From an uncultured Planctomycetaceae bacterium (lineage in GTDB: Bacteria > Planctomycetota > Planctomycetia > Pirellulales > PALSA-1355), in assembly GCA_963785305.1 (NCBI GenBank), contig CAWAUV010000008.1, forward strand, positions 96,001 to 160,000: a stretch of DNA of 64,000 nucleotides, read 5' to 3'. The position numbers and the translations under genes are program-made. Positions 22,090 to 34,476 of the stretch are shown piece after piece. A model generated the notes under the pieces. It ran no database searches, was not told where the DNA came from, and saw only the letters and a list, made by a program, of their open reading frames with translations. Each line of letters begins with the position of its first letter. Position 1 is the stretch's first letter.

Positions 22090-22452
22090 TGTCATCGCGG
22101 GCAAGCAGTTGGCCCATGCTCGCGTTGTCGTACATCGCCGCGGTCGTGGCCCGGCCCAGGTTGTCGAGCGCTGTAGCGGCCGGTGGCGTCGGTCGTGCTG
22201 ATTTGCCGATCGCGGAAGTCGTAGCCGTAGCCGGTCACGCGGTTGTTCGCGCCGGTGGCGTCGACATAAGCCGTGCTTTGCGTGAGATTGCCGTCGCCCA
22301 CGCCGCCGTTGTCGTAGACGCTGGCGGAAGTTTGAACCATGTTGTTGCCGGTCGCGCCGCCGCCGGTCGGATCGGAGTCGGTGGCGCCGGCGTCGTTCGT
22401 GCCCACGAACGTGGCGATCGCGCGGCCGTTGATGTCGAACAGCGCGCGGGTG
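22090..22452 (-). pseudogene. Orphan internal RHS/YD-repeat fragment, cut by IS66
   Basis: FDINGRAIATFVGTND..YDNGGVGDGNLTQ..GYGYDFRDRQISTTDATG..DNLGR; no start codon; abuts the IS end. Confidence 0.8.
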
Positions 22453-23562
22453 GTAACTGTTAAGCATTTCCTCTTTCCCGAAATTGGGTTTTCGGTCACA
22501 TTGATTGGATCATGGATGATCGAGATCGACGGATCGCCGAGTTGGAAGCGGAAATCGCCCGGTTGCTGGCGGAGAACGGAACGCTGCGCAAGCGCGTCGA
22601 GCAACTCGAACAGCAAGTCCAAAAGTTTTTGCAGCGGCGCAAGAAAACTGCTCGGCCATTTGCGTTGGGGCGGCGACTTTGTTCGAGCCGGTGGTCGACA
22701 AACTCTGGGAACTCTTGCGCAATTCGCCGGTCGTGCAAGGCGACGAAACCGGTTGGCGGATCGACGGACTGCCCGCGTGGGCCTGGTGTTTTCGAGACCC
22801 GCGCTTGGCATTGTTCCTGATCGATCGCCATCGCAATCGGGCCGTGCTCGAGCGAGCGTTGGGCACATCGTTCGCGGGCACGCTGGTCAGCGATTTTTAT
22901 GCGGTCTACAACGGGCTCGACTGCCGCAAACAGCGCTGCTTGGTCCATTTGCTTCGCGAGTTGCACAAGCTGCGCGAGACGTTGCCGGCGGCGAGCGTGC
23001 GGGCCTTCATCCAGCCGTTGATCACGCTGTTTCAAGACGCGATCCGGTTGGGCCACGAGCGCAAGTCGCTCGGCAAAAAAGCTTTCAACGCGGCCCGACA
23101 CGAGATTCAAAACCGTTTCGACACGTTGATCCTCGAGACGCGCGTGCGGCATCGCGAATGTTTGCGAATCTGGCGGCGGCTGTTCAAGCACTCGGACGAA
23201 TTGTTCACCTTTCTCGACGATGCGAATGTTCCGGCCGACAACAACGGAACCGAACGCGACATCCGAAGCCTGGCGGCGGCGAGGAATGATGGCGGCACGC
23301 ATCGGACCGAATGGAGCGCGGCGGCGTTCGCCCGAATCAAGAGCGTGATCGCGACCGGCGCGAAAAACGGTTTGAGCTTCGCAAGGTATGGAATCGAAGT
23401 CGTGCGCACTAAATTGCAAGGCAAGACCCTGCCGCTGCCGATCACCAATAGCAGTTAAACCATCCGCCACGCGACCCATCCCCGGAAATTCCTCGCCCGC
23501 GATCCCCGCCAATATCGCCACCGCCCCCCCGCGCCCAGGCCACGCCACGGCTTAACAGTTAC
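22453..23562 (+). mobile_element. IS66-family (ISBst12-like) element, internally deleted, copy 1 (1110 bp)
   Basis: 13-bp terminal inverted repeats gtaactgttaagc / gcttaacagttac; coiled-coil N-terminus (from 22512) out of frame with DDE part GDETGW..LVSDFY..QRCLVHLLR..DNNGTER (to 23458). Confidence 0.92.
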
Positions 23563-25111
23563 ATTGGCTGGGCATGCAATACGCGCAGCTAATCATCGAA
23601 GGTCAAACGCCGTTTGTTGATTTCTTCGACACGAATCCGCCGGCGGTGATGTATTTGAACATCCCGCCGGCCGCGCTGGCAGCAATGCTGGGCATTGATG
23701 GGCGCATCGTGTTTTATTCGTATGTGCTCGGCATGCTGGTCGGCTCGACATGGCTCATCGGCTACCTGCTGCGGCGACTGCGGCCACCGCTCTCGCCACC
23801 CGAAATCGGCGTCTTGGGCCTTGCCTGGATCGCGGCGACCCTCAACATGGTGCGGACCGGCGACTTCGGTCAACGCGAGCATATGTTTATCCTGGCCGCC
23901 GGGCCAATGTTCTTTTTGCGAGTCTTGCGGCGCGAAGGCGTGACGGTTCCGGTTTGGCTGGCGGTGGCGATGGGCGCGGCGGCTTCGGCCGCGGCCTGCC
24001 TGAAGCCGCACTTCATCATGATTTTGGTGATCATCGAACTTGCGTTGCTCGTGAAGTCGCGCGATCCACGTTCGCTGCTCGATCCCGAGGCGATCGCGTT
24101 CTTCGCCGTGATTCTCGCGTATCTCGGCCACTGGCTGCTTTTGCCGGCGGCGGCGCGGCATTATTTCTTTGGGCGCCATCTGCAACTGATTGCCGCGGGC
24201 TACTCCGTCTATGCGCGGCCGCTCGAATGGGTATTCCGACGCACTTGGTTGCATTTGCTGCTGCCTCTTGGCGCGATTGTGTCGGCGACTTTCGGCATTT
24301 GGCAGGCGCAAAGGTCTTTCATGCGGCGGTTGATGACTTCGCTCATCGCCGGCATCATGGGCGGGCTCATCTCGTACATGTCCCAACAAAAGGGGTGGAG
24401 TTATCATCGCATTCCGATGGTCTACTTTTCGATCCTCGCGATCGCCGCGGTTTATTGCCAAGGGATTCACCAGCTGTTTGTCTCGGACCGCCGGCGGCTG
24501 CGCCGCGCGGTTGTCGCGGCGCCACTCGTGGCGACGCTCTTAAGCGCCGGTGGAGTGTTCGCGCTGGTCCATCGCGCGAAAGCGATCGAACCGTGGGGTC
24601 GAGGATCTCGAAGCGCTGATGCTCAAGGAGACCAAGCCCGGCGATCAGGTCCTATTCGTCGCCACCGCGATCGAACCTGCTTATCCGCTGGTGTTCAATC
24701 TCGATCGGCGGCCGGGCTCTCGCTATCCCGCTAGTTTTCCGATCGCCTTCAGCTATGCCGACGTGCCGCGTAACGCGCCAGCCGCCGAGATCGACTATCG
24801 GGCACATGCGCGAAAACTCGCTCGAACAGGAATTCTTGGAAAGTCTGCGCGACGACATTCGCGCACGTCGGCCGCGCATGGTTTGTATTCAGGACGCCGA
24901 AGACCGCATGGCCCTACCGATCCACTTCAATATGCGAACCTATCTCGATCAGACCGGCATCGTCGCCCTGTTGCGGGAACTCGGCTATCGCGAGGAATCG
25001 CTCCGCGAGCATTGGGCCGCGTTCGTTGCCCCAGGACGCTCGAAATGCGATGGGCCCCGCCACGACCCGCGGGAACTGGACTCAAAAGACGGGGAACGGG
25101 CCCGCGGATAA
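23563..25111 (+). pseudogene. Polytopic membrane protein, GT-C glycosyltransferase-like, lacking its 5' end
   Basis: MQYAQLIIEGQTPFVDFFDTNPP, DFGQREH, CLKPHF, QQKGWSYH; many TM helices; begins immediately after the IS. Confidence 0.65.
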
Positions 25112-25453
25112 TGGCCCCGTGGAAAGCCGCCTGTCGAGATCGTCATCAGTTTATATACTCGTCCTCAGGTTATTATTGGGAGAGCGTCTTTTCGGAGCAG
25201 GTCGGATTGTGCGATTCCACCGTTTACAGCGGGCCGATTTCGCACCGCCGCCAGGAATTTCGCGAGTTTTTCGCCGTGATGCTTCCATGGCTCGCCGAAA
25301 AAAATCGCGCGAAGTGAATGGGGATCGCGGGGATGGTTAATCGCGGTCGTGGCGGCCTCGGTAGCGGATCCAAAGAACTTCGTCGAGCCCACGCCGCGCC
25401 GTCTCGCGTCGAGCGAGAGGGCGGCGCCGGTCAGGCATTAACACTTGGGACTG

Positions 25454-25612
25454 ATGGGGATGTCGAAAACAGAGGCCATCGATTCGCGGAAGGACGTTGC
25501 GACCGCGCTCGATCGCCATCGAGTCTGGAATATCGCTCAGGCCGTCCTGCTTTTGGCGATCGCCGGTTACTATGTCTTCACATGGCGGACGATCAATCAC
25601 GACTGTTCGCTG
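25454..25612 (+). pseudogene. 5' fragment of a membrane protein of the same family, cut by IS66 copy 2
   Basis: TM helix followed by WRTINHDCSL, ending exactly at the IS end. Confidence 0.65.
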
Positions 25613-26721
25613 GTAACTGTTAAGCCGTGGCGTGGCCTGGGCGCGGGGGGGCGGTGGCGATATTGGCGGGGATCGCGGGCGAGGAATTTCCGGGGATGGG
25701 TCGCGTGGCGGATGGTTTAACTGCTATTGGTGATCGGCAGCGGCAGGGTCTTGCCTTGCAATTTAGCGCGCACGACTTCGATTCCATACCTTGCGAAGCT
25801 CAAACCGTTTTTCGCGCCGGTCGCGATCACGCTCTTGATTCGGGCGAACGCCGCCGCGCTCCATTCGGTCCGATGCGTGCCGCCATCATTCCTCGCCGCC
25901 GCCAGGCTTCGGATGTCGCGTTCGGTTCCGTTGTTGTCGGCCGGAACATTCGCATCGTCGAGAAAGGTGAACAATTCGTCCGAGTGCTTGAACAGCCGCC
26001 GCCAGATTCGCAAACATTCGCGATGCCGCACGCGCGTCTCGAGCATCAACGTGTCGAAACGGTTTTGAATCTCGTGTCGGGCCGCGTTGAAAGCTTTTTT
26101 GCCGAGCGACTTGCGCTCGTGGCCCAACCGGATCGCGTCTTGAAACAGCGTGATCAACGGCTGGATGAAGGCCCGCGCGCTCGCCGCCGGCAACGTCTCG
26201 CGCAGCTTGTGCAACTCGCGAAGCAAATGGACCAAGCAGCGCTGTTTGCGGCAGTCGAGCCCGTTGTAGACCGCATAAAAATCGCTGACCAGCGTGCCCG
26301 CGAACGATGTGCCCAACGCTCGCTCGAGCACGGCCCGATTGCGATGGCGATCGATCAGGAACAATGCCAAGCGCGGGTCTCGAAAACACCAGGCCCACGC
26401 GGGCAGTCCGTCGATCCGCCAACCGGTTTCGTCGCCTTGCACGACCGGCGAATTGCGCAAGAGTTCCCAGAGTTTGTCGACCACCGGCTCGAACAAAGCG
26501 CCGCCCCAACGCAAATGGCCGAGCAGTTTTCTTGCGCCGCTGCAAAAACTTTTGGACTTGCTGTTCGAGTTGCTCGACGCGCTTGCGCAGCGTTCCGTTC
26601 TCCGCCAGCAACCGGGCGATTTCCGCTTCCAACTCGGCGATCCGTCGATCTCGATCATCCATGATCCAATCAATGTGACCGAAAACCCAATTTCGGGAAA
26701 GAGGAAATGCTTAACAGTTAC
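25613..26721 (-). mobile_element. IS66-family (ISBst12-like) element, internally deleted, copy 2, inverted (1109 bp)
   Basis: Reverse complement of copy 1 with the same ends; differs by a 1-bp indel and at least three substitutions (V/A, I/M, T/A). Confidence 0.92.
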
Positions 26722-26744
26722 TTGCATCGGTCGCCGAATAGGTT

Positions 26745-29510
26745 TTAAGTAAACGGATCGATCCACGGATAGCGATAGGGCGGATTCGGGGGCGGCACGA
26801 TCCGCGGCGGCGGCAGCCAATAGGGCGGATTCCCGAGGGGATAGTACGATGGGAATGGAATTGTGATATTATTGGGGTCCCCAGGCTCGCCTTGTTCTGG
26901 GTTGTCCGGTGGAGACGGGATCGGGAATTCTTCGTATGACTCAGGGGCTTTCCCAAAAGGAATTGTCCGTTGCCACCAGAATGTTGGTCCTTTCTCTACC
27001 GTGTATTTACCTTTAGTTTGTCCATATTTAATTTCGATTCCTGTTTCGTTTTCCGGTAGATCCCAGGGCCTCGCAGCAGGCGTGTTATCCGTAGGAAGCG
27101 CCGATGCCAATTGCCCGATTGCGTTAGCGGGATTCGTCGATCCCTGGTTGTCCGAACGCCTTATCGGCTTACTTCCAGTAGCGCCCCTGAGCCTCCCGAT
27201 GAGCCGCTGCCGCTGCATATCGTGCCAACCGAGTCTCCGGATTGGCTCTCCAAATGCCGGCCATCGCTCGGATCCGTCGCTCGATTCACCGGCACTACCG
27301 CGTGAAACACCGGCACAACCGCGATCATCTGAAGGCCGGATGGATCAATCGCGCTCGTTACATTATTCCCGACATAGCGATTCAAATTGCTATCCCCCGC
27401 CGCGAAGCCTAGCGGGTCTTGGCTGATGAAGTCGCCGGTTGCGGGATCATACCAGCGCTCGTGGTCGTAGTACAATCCGGTGTTCGAGTCATACATTTCG
27501 CCGGCGAAGAGGAACGCCGGCTGGTTCGCCGAGTCGGTCTGGGAAACCACGTTGCCGAAGGCGTCGTAGACGATGTGGTCGATCACATCGGTGTTGCCGG
27601 TCGAGGCGTTGTACTGCACGACATCGCGGATCGAGCCAAGGTCATCGGCCAAGAGCCAATCGACGACGCCCGAGCTGGTTTCCGCCGCGAACACCTGATC
27701 GACCGCCGGGCCGTCGAGATAGCGATCGACGACCGCGCCGAGGAATTTAGCGTGAGCAGCACGTTCTCGCCGTCGTAGATGTAAAAATCGCTCGAGGTGG
27801 GCGAACTGTCGCCGGTCGGCGTGTAGCTCGTCGCCACTTGGCGGTCGAAAGCGTCGTAGCTGTAGGTCGACGTGCCGGCGGAATCGGTGACGCTCGTGAG
27901 CCGGTTGCGGTTGTCGTAGGTGTAGGTGGTGATGTTGGTCTGTGTGTCGCCATCGAGTTGGTAGCGCTCGGTGCGGTTGCCCTCGGCGTCGTATTCGTAG
28001 TAGTACGTGCCGTCGAAGACGATCTCGTTGTCGGCTCCGATCGTGTACGTGGCGCTCGAGCCCGACTCGGCGCGGCCGCCGTCCGGTTACCGTTGGCGTC
28101 GTACGTCTGCGACTGCACGGTCGAGCCGCCGCTCGCGACGCTGGTGAGTTGGTTCGAGGCGTCGTTCGTGTAATCGACCGTGCCATCGGCCGAGGAGGTA
28201 AAACTCGACACGTTGCCGGCGGCGTCGTACGTCCAGCCGTAGCTCGACAGGTCGCCGGTCCCGTCGGCGGTCGAGGGAGCGGTGTTGGCGATGCCGGTCA
28301 GGTTGCCGTCGTGGTCATAAGTGAAAGCCCGCGACGCGACCGTGACCGGCGTGCCCGAACTGTCTTGCGAGAACGTCTCGCCGGTCACGTCGCCGTCGAG
28401 GTCGTAGGAGAAGCTGACGCCCTTTTGCGTCACCGCGTCGCCGCCGGCTTGGCTGGCCTGCGAGATCGAGGTCAGCTCGCCGAGGTTGTCGTAGGAATAG
28501 ATGTTTTCCAGGTCCGGCGTGGCCGAATAGCCGGAGCCGATCGACGCGGCCAAGCTGGTGCGGTTGCCGTTGTAGTCGAACGTCTGGGTGAGCGTGACGC
28601 CCGACGTTCCGCCGACATCTTGCGTGATCGTGGTCGCGTTGCCGGCCAGGTCGTAGGCGAACGTGTCGGTGGCGGCCGGCGCGTCGGCGCTAGTCAGATG
28701 GCCATCGGCGTCGTAGGCATACGTGATCGTGGCCGTGGTCGAGCCGCCGACGGAATCTTGCCAGGTCTCTTGGGTCTCCTCGTTCAGCGAGTTGTAGCTG
28801 TAATTGGTCACGCGGCCGTCGTAGTCGACTAGCTGCGTGAGGTTGCCATTGAGGTCGTACGCCATGCTCTCGCTCACGGCCGCGTCCGTCGCCGTGGAGT
28901 TTTCATAGACATCGCGCGACTCGCTCACGACTTGGCCATCGCCGTCGTACGCGTAGCTGGTCGTGTTGCCATCGGGATCGGTCAGGCTCGTCAGGTTGTT
29001 GTCGAGATTGTAGGCGTACGACGTGGTGGCGGCGGAACTTGTGCCGTAAGCCACGGTCTGGCTGGTCTGGTCGCCGGCGGCGTTGTAGGCGTAGACGGTC
29101 TCGTTGCCGAGCGGATCGGTCTCGCTGGTCAGTTCGCCATCGAGATCGTAGCCGTAGCTGGTGGTCGGACCGCCGGCGGCGCCGGTCGACGCGTTCGGCA
29201 GGCTGACGCTCGTCTCGCGGCCCAGGTTGTCGTAGCCGTAGGTGGTGACATTGCCCAGCGGATCGGTGACGCTGGTCAATTCGCCGTCGGCGTCGTAACC
29301 GTAGTACATCACGCCCCCGCTCCCCGAGCCGCTGGCCGCCGGCTGGGTCATGCTCGTCTCCTCGCCCAGGGCGTTGTAGGTGTACGACGTGACATTGCCC
29401 AAGAGATCGGTGCTCGAAATCTCCTCGCCCACCGCGTTGTAAACCGGCCCCAGCAAGATCGAAGAATCCGAAGGATCGGCCACCTGGGCCGACGGCGAAG
29501 CCGTGCGCCG
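26745..29510 (-). pseudogene. RHS repeat-associated core protein with divergent C-terminal extension; 5'-truncated and frameshifted
   Basis: Many YxYDxxG..TDPLG repeats; core end LADDLGSIR..YDAFG..FAGEMYDSNTGLYY..RWYDPATGDFISQDPLG..NLNRYVGN..DPSGL; AT-richer Pro-rich tail. Confidence 0.88.
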
Positions 29511-29815
29511 AGATGTGAAAAGACGGCCGCCATGCCTGTTTTTACTCGCTCCAACGGAAGAATTATTCGCGGCGCCGCCCACATTTATTCCCGGAAACCC
29601 GCGGACGCCACGCCTCCCCTCGGATGGAGTTTTCGGGAGGGACAGGGGTCTTTCGGTTGGGGCGATGTTACTCGGTAGTGTCCGTCAAGATGCAGCCGAG
29701 TCGGCGGGCTGATCGCGTCGGCCGGTTTGCTGGGATTGTGTGGCCGTTTGCTCGGCTCGCGGGATCCATAGCGGTCGCCTTGACTGCCGCTATCGGTCGC
29801 CGGTGCTCGAGAAAT

Positions 29816-29856
29816 AAAAAACCGCCCCGGCGAGCGAGCTCGGCGGGGCGGTTTTT
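29816..29856. terminator. Bidirectional intrinsic terminator downstream of groEL
   Basis: aaaaaaccgccccggcgag-cgag-ctcggcggggcggttttt. Confidence 0.85.
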
Positions 29857-29948
29857 GTCGAACTTGGATTGTCGCGCATCAGCCGGACATCGCGGCGACA
29901 ACAGACTGTCGAAATATTCAACAGGCGGCAACGCCGCATGCGAATCGA

Positions 29949-31580
<1,632 letters not shown>

Positions 31581-31725
31581 CTGCGAATTTCTCCTGCGAA
31601 GTAGAGGAAGCGTTGTATCGGAAGGCGCGACGGCGATAGGGAGCTTCGCTTGGGACCAATATCCCCGAGCGAGGCCCGGCGCCGCCAGACACCGGCAAGT
31701 TCACGGATCTCGACCAGACCGAGTC

Positions 31726-32061
31726 TCAACCCTCGATCACGGCCAGAATATCGTCTTCACGCATCAGCAGCAGCTCTTCGTCGTTGAGCTTCACGGAGTC
31801 GGGCGCGTAGGAGGTGAAGAGCACCTTGTCGCCGACCTTGACTTGCAACTTCGAGCGGCCGCCGTCGTCGAGCAGGCGCCCATCGCCCACGGCGATCACG
31901 GTGCCGCGAGAAGGCTTGTCCTTGGCGCTCTCCGGCAGCACGATGCCGCCCGCGGTGCGCTCCAGCGCTTCTTCCCGCTCGACCACCACGCGGTCCCCCA
32001 GCGGTTGGAGTTTGAACGATCCGCTGGCCGGCTTCTTTTTGGCTTTGGTCGCAGTGCTCAT
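31726..32061 (-). CDS. groES: Co-chaperonin GroES
   Basis: [50 protein letters not shown]. Confidence 0.99.
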   Translation of the reverse strand: MSTATKAKKKPASGSFKLQPLGDRVVVEREEALERTAGGIVLPESAKDKPSRGTVIAVGDGRLLDDGGRSKLQVKVGDKVLFTSYAPDSVKLNDEELLLMREDDILAVIEG

Positions 32062-32537
32062 GGGGCTATTTTTCCTCCGAAGGTAGAATGGGGAATATTG
32101 GGTTCGATTGCCGAATAAAGCGAACTTGTCGCGCTGCCGCGGCCTCGCCAGGCGGTGGCGTCTGGCAGAGCGTCTGCCAATTCATGTTCGCAAAAGTCCA
32201 GAGGCCGCTTTCGGAAGCAAATGGCGCGCCGCAGTCGCGCGGACGTACCTAAAGTGCTATAGCCAATTGTCTTACGAATCCGTGTCCCATTCTGGCCGGG
32301 AACGCTGCAATGGCGGTTTTTGGCATGGGGTGCGCAACCTCCCGCCCCGCTATGCCAATTTGGCAGTCGCACTGCGCCGCGGGCTTGAATCCGAAATTGC
32401 TCGCACTACGATGGAACTTGGGCGTTCGATCGGCTTTTTCTGGGGCAGGGCTGCCTTGTGTCGCGCCGGGTCGGCGTTTTTCGTTTCGCGAATGCGACGC
32501 CCGGTTTTTCGGCGACCCTCACGATCCGGCTTCACCC

Positions 32538-33931
32538 TTGAAAGGCGCCCCTCCGTTGCTCCGCGCGACTCGCACAACGTGTTTTCGTTTCGTGGCTTCG
32601 GTCGCGGCCGTTTGGGCCACGGGCGTTTTGAACGCCGGATTCGCGCATGCCCAAACCGCAATCACCAACTACGATCAATATCTGCTCGAGCTCACGAATT
32701 GGGCCCGGGCCAATCCCACCGCCGCCGCGACCGAGTTTGGCATCAACCTCAATGAGGGACTCGCGGCCGGAACAATCACCAGCACTCCCAAGCAACCGCT
32801 CGCCTTTAATCCAAGTCTGATGACTTCGGCGACCCAGTGGAGTCAGGAACTGCTCTCGACCAGCACTTTCACCCATGGCTCGTCGAGCGACGCGCCGATG
32901 CAGCGAATGCAAGCGGCTGGCTATGCCTTCAATGCCCCCTGGACTTGGGGCGAAAACCTGGCCTGGGTCGGCAATCCGCCGAACTTGGCGCCGCCCGACC
33001 CCTATCTCACAACCGCTCAAATGTTCCAAGGGCTGTTCGTCGATTCGACGGAAGCCGATCGCGGGCATCGCGTCAATCTGATGACCGACAGCTTCAAGGA
33101 AGTCGGCATCGGCATTGTGTCGGGCAGTTACACCCAAGGCGGCACGACGTACAACTCGCTGATGGCCACCCAGGACTTCGCCTCGCAAGCCGGCAACTCC
33201 TTCATCACCGGAGTGGCCTACAACAACTCGAACAACACGAACTTCTACGATCCGGCCCTCGGCGGCTATGGTTCGGTCTCGGTAACCGCCACCAACCTCG
33301 CCACCGGCCAGACCTATACCACCGCCACGACCGCCTCGGGCGGCTACGAACTGCAAGTGCCCGCCGGAAACTACAGCGTGCTGTTCTCGGGAACGGGTAT
33401 TCCCTATGAGCTGTACAAGAGCGTGACGATCGGAACGCTCAATGTCGAAGTCGACGCAAGCAATACCCAGGCCGCGCATCCTTATCAAAACCCGCTCAAT
33501 CCGCTCAATGTCACCGGTTCCGGCACGGTCTCGCCGCTCGACGCGCTGGCCGTGATTCGCGAGTTGAACTCGAACCCAAACGGCGTGCTATCGACGCCGA
33601 CGCCGGGCACGGCGATTCCGTATTACTACGATGTCACCGGCACGAACAGCGTGATTCCGATCGATGCGTTGAAGATCATTCAGGCGCTCAATACCGGCCA
33701 AACAACGCCCACCGCTCCAACCCAAACGCTCTTCCCCTCGGGCTTCTCGCCCGCCTCGACCACGGTCGATGCGCTCTCGGGATCATCGGCGGCTCTAAGT
33801 CTCGTGCCGGAGCCCTCGACCTGGCGCTCATGGCGATGGCCGCGGCGGGCGGAGTGCTCTGGATGGCCCGCCGGCGCCGAGCGGCGTCCACGGGGCGGCT
33901 CGGCCTTTTGAATACTTCCACGGGCCGATAA
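32538..33931 (+). CDS. Secreted CAP/SCP-domain protein with dockerin-like domain and PEP-CTERM tail (frameshift near 33820)
   Basis: LLELTNWARANP, GENLA, GHRVNLM..FKEVGIG; YQNPLNPLNVTGSGTVSPLDALAVIRELN and YYDVTGTNSVIPIDALKIIQALN; VPEPST then LALMAMAAAGGVLWMARRRR; start uncertain. Confidence 0.8.
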
Positions 33932-34096
33932 AGCCTGGAATTCCGCGGGAGCTGGTTCCCAAACGGCGTGATTTTTGCTCTGCTATTCTCGGCGGAACTG
34001 CCTCCCCAGTGTCTTTTTGCGTCCCGATGGAAATCAGCGCCTCGCGCCGCCCTACGAGCTTTGCCCGGCGCCTCTCAATTAGGAAACGATGTTATC

Positions 34097-34453
34097 ATGG
34101 CCGACCCCGATGATTTGGTGATTATCTACAGCGCGGCGCATGTGCCCGACGCGCACATGGTGAAGAACCTGCTCGAGCGGAAAGAGATTTCGGCGCACGT
34201 GTCGGAGGAGATCGAGCCGCTGCCGGGGCTGAATATCGATTCGCCGCGCGTCTTCGTGCATCAGCGCGACGCGGCTCGGGCTCGGGCGATCATCGAGGAA
34301 TTCGAGGGCCGGCAAATCGAGCGGGCGGATCGTCCGGATTGGATCTGTCCGCAGTGCCAGGCGAACGTGGTCGGGGCGTTCGACGAATGCGATGTCTGCG
34401 GCCGATTTCGCCCCGGCAGCGAAGAGGCGGAAGAAGAAGATCAGACGGAATAG
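34097..34453 (+). CDS. DUF2007-like protein with C-terminal zinc ribbon
   Basis: IYSAAHVPDAHMVKNLLE..RVFVH..DAARARAII; WICPQC..FDECDVCG. Confidence 0.8.
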   Translation: MADPDDLVIIYSAAHVPDAHMVKNLLERKEISAHVSEEIEPLPGLNIDSPRVFVHQRDAARARAIIEEFEGRQIERADRPDWICPQCQANVVGAFDECDVCGRFRPGSEEAEEEDQTE

Positions 34454-34476
34454 CCGCGAGCTCACGCCGCCGCGGT

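Noticed and set aside
22445..26729. Simple inversion of the cargo between the two IS66 copies
   Set aside because: An inversion predicts that outer flanks match the reverse complements of the inner flanks; they do not.
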